DNA from: Dehalococcoidia bacterium
Lineage (GTDB): Bacteria > Chloroflexota > Dehalococcoidia > UBA2979
Length of the DNA: 64,000 bases
Reading direction: 5' to 3'
NCBI GenBank assembly: GCA_965204835.1
Contig: OZ242017.1
Location: 1,091,842-1,155,841 of the forward strand
The notes below the pieces were generated by a model, which saw only the letters and a program-made list of their open reading frames with translations, did no database searches and was not told where the DNA came from. The position numbers were made by a program, and so were the translations under genes. The number at the start of each line of letters is the position of its first letter. Within the stretch, counting starts at the first letter, position 1. This document shows positions 1-7,971 of this stretch, one piece after another.

Positions 1-1
1 G

Positions 2-529
2 GACCTCGCCATCGACGGTATCTACTACCGCTACGCGGACTACTTCGCCGAGCTCACCGAGATCACGACGGAGCAGTTCCGCCAGGTCGGCATCAACCTC
101 AACTCGAGGAGCGTTGACTACACCGAGTTCAACTCGGCGTGGGTGCCCGCGAAGCTCGAGGAGGCGACGACCTCCGGCTGGCTGACGGTCGGCTTCGACG
201 GCGACAACTACTTCTACAACTCGGTGCACTCGGAGTCGCCCGGCAACCGCTGGCGGCTCAACGACCCGCAGGTCGACGCGTGGGCCGAGCAGCAGCAGAC
301 CGAGCTGGACCCGGACGCCCGGAAGGAGATCCACAAGACCATGTGGGACTACTTCCTCCAGAAGATGTTCTGGCCGCCGGTGCCCAGCGCGCTCTACATC
401 CAGACGTACCAGCCGTGGCTGCGCGGGATCCGCTTCGGCGGCATCTTCGGCACCAACAGCTCGTACTACGACTGGGGCGACCAGGTCGCATCCTCGTGGA
501 TCGACCCGGACGTGCCGGGCCGCGCCTAG
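2..529 (+). CDS. ABC transporter substrate-binding protein, family 5 (peptide/nickel type), C-terminal part; 5' end lies outside the window
   Basis: Frame 2 is open from base 2, so the ORF track's 'M' at 143 is an internal GTG. The translation (DLAIDGIYYRYADYF...WDYFLQKMFWPPVPSALYIQTYQPWLRGIRFGG...) matches the C-terminal domain of SBP_bac_5 proteins. Two terminator hairpins follow. Confidence 0.7.
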   Translation, partial: DLAIDGIYYRYADYFAELTEITTEQFRQVGINLNSRSVDYTEFNSAWVPAKLEEATTSGWLTVGFDGDNYFYNSVHSESPGNRWRLNDPQVDAWAEQQQTELDPDARKEIHKTMWDYFLQKMFWPPVPSALYIQTYQPWLRGIRFGGIFGTNSSYYDWGDQVASSWIDPDVPGRA

Positions 530-573
530 TACACGCAGTACCGGGCAACGCCTCCGCACTCGCGGAGACTTCG

Positions 574-633
574 AGGGGCGGCCGCAAGGCCGCCCCTCCT
601 GCGTGTCCGAGGCGGGCGGCCGCAAGGCCGCCC
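574..633 (+). terminator. Tandem pair of GC-rich terminator hairpins, each with a GCAA loop (AGGGGCGGCC-GCAA-GGCCGCCCCT at 574-597; GGGCGGCC-GCAA-GGCCGCCC at 614-633)
   Basis: Two perfect inverted repeats lie inside a 26-nt direct repeat (ggcggccgcaaggccgcccctcctgc, two copies) directly downstream of the SBP gene. There is no T-tract, which is typical of high-GC intrinsic terminators. Confidence 0.5.
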
Positions 634-737
634 CTCCTGCACGTCCGCCGCGCGTGCGGCGTCGAGGGACGCGTTGTGCGCTATGCTCCCCCGAACGACG
701 CCCGCGCGGGCGCAAAGAAGCGTGATGCGAGGATCCG

Positions 738-1721
738 ATGCAGATCAGCAAATCCGTGCGCGCCGCCATGGTGCCGGACGAGAACGTGATGCACCCCGAC
801 TTCACCTCGATCTACCTGATCGGGCCTCCCGGCGGGCAGTCCCTCACGATCGACTCGGGCGAGGCCACGGAGCGCTATCAGTGGTTCCTGCGCGGCTACC
901 TCGCCGCGACCGAGCACGCCGAGATCGGCATGGCGACCATCACGCACCACCACGCCGACCACTCCGGCAACCTCAAGTGGACCAAGGAGTTCCTGAACGC
1001 CGAGATCGCCATCCCGCGCGGCGGCCGGCGCCTGCTCACCGGCCGCATTCCCCGCAAGGTCGAGCAGTACGGTGACGGCGACGTGATCGAGATGGGCGGG
1101 GGCGTGAACCTCCAGGTCATCGAGACGCCCGGCCACAGCTCCGACTCGCTCTGCTACTACCTGGAGGACGAGGGCGTCCTGTTCACCGGCGACACGCTGC
1201 TCGGCTCCTCGACCACCACGGTGTGGGACCTCGGCGACTACCGGCGCAGCCTGGAGAGGCTGCTCGAGCTGCCGAACCTCACGGTCATCTGCCCCGGCCA
1301 CGGCAAGATCGTCGAGGACCCGCGCGAGCGGCTCCAGATGTACGTCAACCACCGCAACATGCGCGAGCAGCAGATCCTCGAGGTGCTCAAGGACGGCGAG
1401 CAGCTCAGTAGCTGGGACATCATGCTCCGCGTCTACGGCGACGAGATCGACACGCGCCTGCGCCGCGCCGCCGACGGCAACGTGCGCAGCCACCTCACCC
1501 AGCTGCTCGACGAGGGCCGCATCAACGAGTACGAGGGCAAGCCGAAGCGCCGCCGCAGCGAGCGAGCCATCGAGCGCCAGCACGAGCACGAGCGGGAGCG
1601 CGACCGCATCCTGCGCGAGGCGAAGAAGATCGAGGCCGCGCGCAGCCGCGAGGAGATCCGCCGCCAGGAGAACCCGCCCAGCGAGCAGTGGTCGAAGCCG
1701 CCGCTCTACGACCTCGCGTAG
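738..1721 (+). CDS. MBL-fold metallo-hydrolase (beta-lactamase-like)
   Basis: 327-aa ORF with the HxHxDH motif (ITHHHADHSGN) and a downstream GHG/D pattern (TPGHSSDS, CPGHGK), typical of metallo-beta-lactamase-fold hydrolases. Confidence 0.8.
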   Translation: MQISKSVRAAMVPDENVMHPDFTSIYLIGPPGGQSLTIDSGEATERYQWFLRGYLAATEHAEIGMATITHHHADHSGNLKWTKEFLNAEIAIPRGGRRLLTGRIPRKVEQYGDGDVIEMGGGVNLQVIETPGHSSDSLCYYLEDEGVLFTGDTLLGSSTTTVWDLGDYRRSLERLLELPNLTVICPGHGKIVEDPRERLQMYVNHRNMREQQILEVLKDGEQLSSWDIMLRVYGDEIDTRLRRAADGNVRSHLTQLLDEGRINEYEGKPKRRRSERAIERQHEHERERDRILREAKKIEAARSREEIRRQENPPSEQWSKPPLYDLA

Positions 1722-1823
1722 CGGAGGCGCCGTCTCCGTGCTCGCACAGCCACCGCTCCCCCTCGGCGCTTGCCTCGATCGGCGCTGCATCGGTAGGCTG
1801 CGCTCCTGCCGGGGGGCAGGCGC

Positions 1824-3032
1824 ATGACCGGACCGCTCGAGGGGGCGCGGGTCCTGGACCTCACGCAGGGGGTCACGGGTCCGTACGCGACCAAACTCTT
1901 CTCCGACTACGGCGCCGAGGTCACCAAGATCGAGCGTCCGGGACGCGGCGACGCCTCACGACGCCTCGGGCCGTACCCGAACGACATGCCGCACATCGAG
2001 ACCAGCGGGATGTTCCTGCACCTCAACACGGGCAAGCTCAGCGTCACGCTGGACCTCAAGACCGCCACCGGCCGCGAGCTGCTGCTGCGGCTGGCCGCCG
2101 ACGCCGACGTGATCGTCGAGAGCTTCCGGCCCGGCACCCTCGAACGGCTCGGCATCGGCCCCGACGTGCTGGCCGAGGCGAGCCCGGCGGCGGCGCTCGT
2201 CCGCATCTCGAGCTTCGGCCAGGACGGCCCCTACCGGGACTTCGAGGCCGACGACATGCTGCTCTACGCCTCCGGCGGCGTGATGCAGGTCACCGGCGAC
2301 CCCGACCGCGAGCCGATCAAGCTGGGGCTCTACACCCCGCTCTTCCTCGCGGGCGTCGTCACCGCCGGGATGATGATGGGCGCGATGCGCTCGTCGATGC
2401 GCGACGGGCAGGGTGAGCGCGTCGAGATCTCGATCAACGAGATCCTGACCGCCTCGATGGACCGTGGCGGGCCGAACATCATGGCCTACCAGTACTCCGG
2501 CGCGCTCATGATCGAGCGCATCAAGAACGTGGTGTACAGCGGGCTGCCCAGCGGTGTGTATCCGTGCGCCGACGGCTACGTGCAGGTCGCCACCCAGCCC
2601 GCGTGGTTCCCCCGCATGTGCCGCGCGATGGGCCGCGAGGACCTGATTGAGGACGAGCGCTTCGTCGCGAACGTCTACAACCCCGACTTCCTCCCGGAGG
2701 TCGAGGCGATCTTCTACCCGTGGCTGCTCTCCCACACCAAGCAGGAGGTCATGGAGCTCGCGCAGGCCGAGGGCTGGCCCGTGTGCGCCATCAACACCGT
2801 CGAGGACGCATACCGCGACCCCGCGTACCGGGCGCGCGACTTCTTCCGGACCATCGACCACCCGGTCGCCGGCTCCTACGAGTACGTCGGCCTGCCGGTG
2901 CGCTTCAAGAGCACGCCCGGTGAGATGCAATGCGCCCCGCTGCTCGGCGAGCACACCTTCCAGGTGCTGACCGAGCGGCTGGACCACACCCCCGAGGAAG
3001 TCGCGATCCTCGGGCAGCGTGGCGTGATCTAG
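1824..3032 (+). CDS. CoA-transferase family III (CaiB/BaiF) protein
   Basis: The N-terminus (LEGARVLDLTQGVTGPYATKLFSDYGAEVTKIERPGRGD) is a canonical family III CoA-transferase signature. Length is 402 aa. Confidence 0.85.
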   Translation: MTGPLEGARVLDLTQGVTGPYATKLFSDYGAEVTKIERPGRGDASRRLGPYPNDMPHIETSGMFLHLNTGKLSVTLDLKTATGRELLLRLAADADVIVESFRPGTLERLGIGPDVLAEASPAAALVRISSFGQDGPYRDFEADDMLLYASGGVMQVTGDPDREPIKLGLYTPLFLAGVVTAGMMMGAMRSSMRDGQGERVEISINEILTASMDRGGPNIMAYQYSGALMIERIKNVVYSGLPSGVYPCADGYVQVATQPAWFPRMCRAMGREDLIEDERFVANVYNPDFLPEVEAIFYPWLLSHTKQEVMELAQAEGWPVCAINTVEDAYRDPAYRARDFFRTIDHPVAGSYEYVGLPVRFKSTPGEMQCAPLLGEHTFQVLTERLDHTPEEVAILGQRGVI

Positions 3033-3041
3033 GAGCCGACG

Positions 3042-4343
3042 ATGGCCGACCCCGCAAAGCCCCTCGACGGCATCCGCGTGCTCGCACAGGGCATCGTCTG
3101 GGCCGGGCCGTTCTCGACGATGATCCTCGCCGACCTGGGCGCTGAGGTGATCGAGATCGAGTCGATCCAGCACCTCAACCCGACGCGCACCAACTTCCGG
3201 CACATCCCGCAGGCGCTCCTCGACGGACGCGCCGGCGCGTCGTACCTCAACCGCGACGGCAGCGAGGGCTTCTGGAACCGGCAGGCGTGGTTCAACTACG
3301 CGAAGCGCGGCTGCAAGTCCGTGACGCTCGACCTCCAGAGCGAGCGCGGGCACGAGCTCTTCCTCGACCTCATCCGCCACAGCGACGCGTACATCGAGAA
3401 CAACGCCGCCGACGTGGTCGACAACCTCGGCATCGGCTACGAGGTGCTGCGCGAGGTCAACCCGCAGCTGATCATGGTGCGGTTCCCGGGCTTCGGCATC
3501 GAGGGTCCGTACAGCGACTTCAAGGGCTACGGCGCGAACATGGAGGCCGTCGCGGGGCACACCGGCATCCGCGGCTACGAGGGCTCCGACCCCTCCGACA
3601 CCCCGGCCTCGCTGCACGGCGACCCCACCGCGGGGGCGCAGGTCGCGTTCGCCCTGCAGGCCGCGCTCTTCTCCCGGGACCGCACCGGCGAGGGCCAGCT
3701 CGTCGAGATCTCGCAGGTCGAGTCCGTGGCCAGCCACATCGGGCACGCGTTCATGGACTACGCGATGAACGGCCGCGTGCAGGGCCACTGGGGCAACCGG
3801 CACCCCTCGATGGCGCCGTACGGCGCCTTCCCGTGCGCGGGCGAGGATCGCTGGATCACGATCGCGATCCCCTCGGACGAGGCGTTCGCCGCGCTCTGCG
3901 CCGAGATGGGCCGCCCCGAACTCGCCGAGGACGAGCGCTTCGCCGACGCCGCGGTCCGCTACCGCAACACCGACGCGATCAACGCCGAGGTGGCGGCGTG
4001 GACGCCGGCGTTCGAGGACCACGACCTGATGTTGCGGCTCCAGGCGGCAGGCGTCCCCGCCATCGCGACCGTGCACCACGAGGAGGTCACCTCGAACCCG
4101 CACCACGTGGCGCGCGGCTACTTCCAGGAGATCACGCAGCACGAGGCGGGCACGCACCTCTACCCCGGCCCGATGGCGACGTTCGAGCGCACGCCGCTGC
4201 TGCCGGCGCGGCCCGCGCCCACCCTCGGCCGCCACAACGAGGAGCTCCTGCGTGACGTGCTCGGTCTCAGCGCCGAGGCGTACCAGCAGCTCCTCGACGA
4301 CGAGGTGATCGGGACGGTGTACGTGGAGGACGCGACGGCCTGA
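3042..4343 (+). CDS. CoA-transferase family III (CaiB/BaiF) protein, second adjacent paralog
   Basis: The N-terminus (LDGIRVLAQGIVWAGPFSTMILADLGAEVIEIE) matches the family. It starts 10 nt after the previous gene, so an operon pair is likely. Confidence 0.85.
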   Translation: MADPAKPLDGIRVLAQGIVWAGPFSTMILADLGAEVIEIESIQHLNPTRTNFRHIPQALLDGRAGASYLNRDGSEGFWNRQAWFNYAKRGCKSVTLDLQSERGHELFLDLIRHSDAYIENNAADVVDNLGIGYEVLREVNPQLIMVRFPGFGIEGPYSDFKGYGANMEAVAGHTGIRGYEGSDPSDTPASLHGDPTAGAQVAFALQAALFSRDRTGEGQLVEISQVESVASHIGHAFMDYAMNGRVQGHWGNRHPSMAPYGAFPCAGEDRWITIAIPSDEAFAALCAEMGRPELAEDERFADAAVRYRNTDAINAEVAAWTPAFEDHDLMLRLQAAGVPAIATVHHEEVTSNPHHVARGYFQEITQHEAGTHLYPGPMATFERTPLLPARPAPTLGRHNEELLRDVLGLSAEAYQQLLDDEVIGTVYVEDATA

Positions 4344-4395
4344 TCGCCGCTACAACGTCCGCGATGTTCCATATGTAGTATTCCGTACATGATGA

Positions 4396-4417
4396 GCGCA
4401 TCCCGAATGTGATGCGC
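4396..4417. promoter_or_regulatory. Inverted repeat GCGCATC-N8-GATGCGC in an AT-rich stretch upstream of the secreted nuclease-like gene; candidate operator
   Basis: The sequence is gcgcatcccgaatgtgatgcgc. It sits in an unusually AT-rich island at about 4350-4420 (catatgtagtattccgtacatgatg) in an otherwise 70% GC context, about 40 nt upstream of the 4458 start. Confidence 0.3.
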
Positions 4418-4457
4418 TCGACGCACCGCTGCGCCGGCGCCGCCGGTCCGACAGCAG

Positions 4458-5717
4458 GTGCGCATGGCTCGCGATGGCCTTCGCCGCCTCAGTGCGCTTG
4501 CGCTGTGGGCACTACTCGTTATTCCCGTTGCTGCGTGCACGAATCCCGCCGACGAGACCGTGGGTGGGGAGACCGTCGCTCCCTCACCGACAGCGGCCTC
4601 GACCCCCGCACCGGCGGCAACAGTCGCAACGAGCGCGACGCAGACCGCGACTCCCGCACCGACGGCGTCCGTTGCAGCGAGCCCGACACAGGTCCCGACT
4701 CCCGCACCGACGGCGACAGTCGCAGCAAGTCCCACGCAGGCTCCGACACCGCCCGCGACGCCCGTACCGCAGACCTCGCCAAGCCCAACGCCCGCTCCGG
4801 CAGCCACCACGACCGCGACGACTACGACGCTGAGCCTCGACGGAATCGCCGTGGCGCCCGAGAACTGCGCGGGGTACAACCGTGACCACTTCGCCGACTA
4901 TAACGCCCGCGCACTGCGCGACGGCTGGGACGCCGAGGATGGTGCGGCCGACGGCATCATCACCGGGTGGTACACCGGGCAGCGACTGGCGAACAACGGA
5001 CAGTCCGTCCACGTCGAGCACGTCGTCGCCCTCAAGGAAGCATGGTGCTCCGGCTATCGGGAGCCCTCGCTCGGGAACTGGTCGGCGAATCTTCGGCCGG
5101 CCCAGGCGGCCCTCAACCTGTCGAAGTCGGCTCGCGACCCCGCCGAGTGGGATCGGCCGGATCTCCCCGGCTGGTGTCGTTATCTCGCGCTCCACGTCCA
5201 GGTCAAGCGAGAGCTGGGGATGACCGCCGACCGTGCGGAACTCGAGTACATCGCCCGCTCATGGGCCGCCCACTGCGGCGACGCCGTGGCCGTGCCGACC
5301 GTCGAGCGAACACCGACTCCTGTGCCAACGGCGACGGCCGGATCGGTCTACACCGGGCCACAGCCGGCCCGGACCTGTGGAGAGTTCGGCTGGCGCGTCG
5401 ACCGTCGCACGCACCCGAATCTCTACGCTGCCCTGGACGCGCTGGGGATGCGCGACGGAAACAGCGACGGGATCATGTGCAACGCGGAGCGAGCCTACAA
5501 CGGACCGGACTACCCGGCCCAATCGCCGTCCGCGACTTCGACTCCAACGGCGAGTTCTAGTCCGGCGCAGGAGTTCCACTGCCACTGTAGACGCGTGATC
5601 AACGCCGGTACTCGCTGCGATCAGCGGTACACCGCGCAAGGCGGCCCCGGGTACTGCCACACCGGGGAGCCTCACGGAGCCTTCAATACATGGCCGCCGC
5701 CGCACAGCGGAAACTAG
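4458..5717 (+). CDS. Secreted lipoprotein with a DUF1524 (HNH/His-Me finger endonuclease-like, GmrSD C-terminal type) domain and a C-terminal Excalibur-like calcium-binding motif; Pro/Thr/Ala-rich linker
   Basis: There is a signal peptide with lipobox (LLVIPVAAC). The linker is low complexity (TPAPTASVAASPTQVPTPAPTATVAASPTQAPTPP). The core (NCAGYNRDHFADY...HVEHVVALKEAWCSGY...W...NL..A...NLSKSARDPAEW) matches secreted DUF1524 proteins. RDGNSDGIMCN resembles the Excalibur DxDxDGxxCE motif. The start may be GTG 4458 or ATG 4464. Confidence 0.65.
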   Translation: MRMARDGLRRLSALALWALLVIPVAACTNPADETVGGETVAPSPTAASTPAPAATVATSATQTATPAPTASVAASPTQVPTPAPTATVAASPTQAPTPPATPVPQTSPSPTPAPAATTTATTTTLSLDGIAVAPENCAGYNRDHFADYNARALRDGWDAEDGAADGIITGWYTGQRLANNGQSVHVEHVVALKEAWCSGYREPSLGNWSANLRPAQAALNLSKSARDPAEWDRPDLPGWCRYLALHVQVKRELGMTADRAELEYIARSWAAHCGDAVAVPTVERTPTPVPTATAGSVYTGPQPARTCGEFGWRVDRRTHPNLYAALDALGMRDGNSDGIMCNAERAYNGPDYPAQSPSATSTPTASSSPAQEFHCHCRRVINAGTRCDQRYTAQGGPGYCHTGEPHGAFNTWPPPHSGN

Positions 5718-5727
5718 TGGCGACTAC

Positions 5728-7011
5728 TCACGCGATCGCGCCGAGCTCTCGCAGGCGCGCGATCTCCGCGTCGTCGATGCCGTGCTCGCGCAGCACCTCG
5801 TCCGTGTGGCGGCCGAGGGGCGGCGAGGGGCGGTCGGTGCCCGTCGGCGTCTCCGACATGGAGACGATCGGGCCGACCATACGCTCGGGGCCCGTCAACT
5901 CGTGCTCCAGGTCGATCATGTAGCCCATCGCCTCGACCTGCGGGTCGTCGGCCATGTCCTCGGGCCAGTTCACCTTCGAGATTGGCGCGCCCTCGCGGTC
6001 GAAGATCTCGATCCACTCGTCCATGGTCTTCGTCATCATGATCCCGCGGATGCGCTCCAGCATCACGTCGACGAGCTTGCGGTTCTCCGGCGGGATCGAG
6101 TCGAACTCGGGGTCGGCCGTCGGGTCGTCCTCGACGCCGATGGCGCGCCGCATCTGGTCGCGGTTGAGCGGGGTGAGCGCGCCGAGGATGACGCCGCCGT
6201 CCTTGACGGCGTAGCCGCCGTAGAAGAGCCGCGCCGCGGCGCGCCCCATCACGTCGAAGAGGTTGCCGCGCGCGTCGAGCAGCTCCTTGTAGCTGCCGCC
6301 GGCCGCGCGCACCTCGTGCATCCGCTCCAGCGCCTTGTCGGTGGTCTGCGCGTCGAGCGCGGGGAGCTTGCCGATGCGCGTGCCCTGCAGCGCGAGGCCC
6401 GCGCGCAGCAGCGATGTCTCGACGAACTGGCCCTGCCCGGTGCGCTCGCGGTGGAAGAGCGCCGCCGAGATCGCCATGGCGCCGGCGAGGCCTGCCTGGA
6501 AGTCGGCGGGCGCGGTCGCGGTGATGATCTCGGGCTCGCCGAACTCGCCCACCTTGCCGTCGCCGGCGAGGAGGCCCGAGTAGGCCTGCGCGACGGCGTC
6601 GGAGCCCGAGCGGAACTCGCTGGGGCCGCCCCGGCCGAAGCCGGTGTTCTCGAAGTAGATGATGTCGGGGCGGAACTGCTTCAGCGTCTCGTAGTCGACT
6701 CGCAGCCGCTCGGGCACGCCCGGGCGGGCGTTGATGAGGAACACGTCGAAGCCCGGGATGATGCGGTGCACCATCTCCTGGGCGTCGGGCGAGCGCAGGT
6801 CGATGACGAGCGAGCGCTTGCCGCGGTTGAGGGAGTGGAATCCCTTGCTCTCGCCGGGCACGAAGCCGCCGGCCTGCCGGCTACCCTCGCCGCCCGGGGG
6901 CTCGACCTTGATCACGTCGGCCCCGAGGTCGGCCAGGTTGAGGCCGCAGTAGGGTCCCGCGACGATCTGCGAGACCTCGAACACCTTGATGCCATCCAGC
7001 GGACCCGGCAT
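5728..7011 (-). CDS. CoA-transferase family III (CaiB/BaiF) protein
   Basis: The N-terminus (LDGIKVFEVSQIVAGPYCGLNLADLGADVIKVEPPGG) matches the family. I chose the internal ATG at 7011 (MPGPLDG); the ORF track extends to 7086. Confidence 0.8.
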   Translation of the reverse strand: MPGPLDGIKVFEVSQIVAGPYCGLNLADLGADVIKVEPPGGEGSRQAGGFVPGESKGFHSLNRGKRSLVIDLRSPDAQEMVHRIIPGFDVFLINARPGVPERLRVDYETLKQFRPDIIYFENTGFGRGGPSEFRSGSDAVAQAYSGLLAGDGKVGEFGEPEIITATAPADFQAGLAGAMAISAALFHRERTGQGQFVETSLLRAGLALQGTRIGKLPALDAQTTDKALERMHEVRAAGGSYKELLDARGNLFDVMGRAAARLFYGGYAVKDGGVILGALTPLNRDQMRRAIGVEDDPTADPEFDSIPPENRKLVDVMLERIRGIMMTKTMDEWIEIFDREGAPISKVNWPEDMADDPQVEAMGYMIDLEHELTGPERMVGPIVSMSETPTGTDRPSPPLGRHTDEVLREHGIDDAEIARLRELGAIA

Positions 7012-7131
7012 GTACGACCCCTCCCCCATGTGCGGCGAACCCACGCCGCAGGCGCCTCGCCCCGACTCATGTACGCGAGGGCGCAAGCATACGCAACCGT
7101 GGAGCGGTCGAGGGGGCGGGGCCTGCCCCGG

Positions 7132-7737
7132 CTACGGGCAGTAGCCGGCGTTGTCGAGCAGCTCCGCCTGACGGAACGCGAGGTTGATCCACTCGTTCAC
7201 CGTGACGTTGCTGAACGCGATCTCCTCGGTGGTGTCGGCGGCGTCGATGATCACCTCCTGGTCGCGCAGCGCGTCGCGCAGTCCCTCGTAGGTCTGGCGC
7301 AGCAGCTCGTGCAGCGCCGCCGTCCGCTCCGGCGGCTCCATCAGCCCGAGCTGGTCGAGTGCTGCGTCGACCGCGAGGAACTGGCCCGGGAAGATCGAGT
7401 CGGCCCGCTCCTTGCGCTCCTCGATCGAGAGCTCCTGTGGGTCCCGCGGGTCGCCGCTGGCGAGGAAGTCCTGGGCGAAGGTGCGCGCGATGGTGCAGAT
7501 CCTCGCGCCCCAGAGCGCGACCTCGCGGTCCTCGCCCTGCAGGCCCGGGTCGATGGTGGCGGTCGGGGTCGGGGTCTCGGTGGTGAGGCCGCTTGCCGTG
7601 GCCGTTGGCGTGGGGGTGGCCTCCGGCGCGTCCGCGCCGCCGTCGCCGAGGCACGCGATCGCAGCGGCTCCAACCATGAGCGTGATGAAGAAAGCGAGCG
7701 TGCGAGCAGACGGCGCCCAGGGTCGGCTGGAGATCAT
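7132..7737 (-). CDS. Hypothetical lipoprotein
   Basis: Signal peptide plus lipobox (TLAFFITLMVGAAAIAC) followed by a Thr/Pro linker. No recognisable catalytic motif. Start chosen at ATG 7737. Confidence 0.5.
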   Translation of the reverse strand: MISSRPWAPSARTLAFFITLMVGAAAIACLGDGGADAPEATPTPTATASGLTTETPTPTATIDPGLQGEDREVALWGARICTIARTFAQDFLASGDPRDPQELSIEERKERADSIFPGQFLAVDAALDQLGLMEPPERTAALHELLRQTYEGLRDALRDQEVIIDAADTTEEIAFSNVTVNEWINLAFRQAELLDNAGYCP

Positions 7738-7850
7738 GGGTAGCTGCCTTCGCCGTCCCGTGGCGATCCGCGTTGCGGTGGGAAGCGGTTGCGCTCCGGC
7801 CATTCTAACCCGGTGCGGCTGTCAGTGGGGGAGATGGAGAAGCACCGTCC

Positions 7851-7871
7851 GCGAACGGGAAACATGTTCGC
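7851..7871 (+). promoter_or_regulatory. Inverted repeat GCGAAC-N9-GTTCGC upstream of amtB; further GTnAC/GAAAC-like half sites at 7924-7958
   Basis: The sequence is gcgaacgggaaacatgttcgc. The downstream stretch cgtaac...gtcaccctcggaaag resembles actinobacterial GlnR-box half sites (gTnAc-n6-GaAAc). The region has lower GC than its surroundings. Confidence 0.3.
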
Positions 7872-7971
7872 AATACCGGCGCAAGAAATGCGTCACCCAC
7901 TCTTCATCGAGGCGACACCGACGCGTAACGGCGCATTCCTAGTGTCACCCTCGGAAAGGGGGCACATACGT

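Noticed and set aside
1956-4235. 759-aa ORF on the minus strand opposite the two CoA-transferase genes. Other very long antisense ORFs fall in the same category: 5782-7743 (+), 7945-9999 (-), 11607-14753 (-), 19678-22683 (+), 25862-27415 (+), 32390-34360 (+).
   Set aside because: In 70% GC DNA, stop codons are rare in all frames. These ORFs translate to Arg/Ala/Gly/Pro-rich low-complexity sequence, have no recognisable domains, and lie antisense to genes with strong homology.
4560-4830. Repetitive DNA (imperfect tandem repeats of about 39 nt) that could be mistaken for a CRISPR-like or VNTR array.
   Set aside because: The repeats are in frame inside the lipoprotein gene and encode a Pro/Thr/Ala linker. 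There are no unique spacers and no cas genes nearby.
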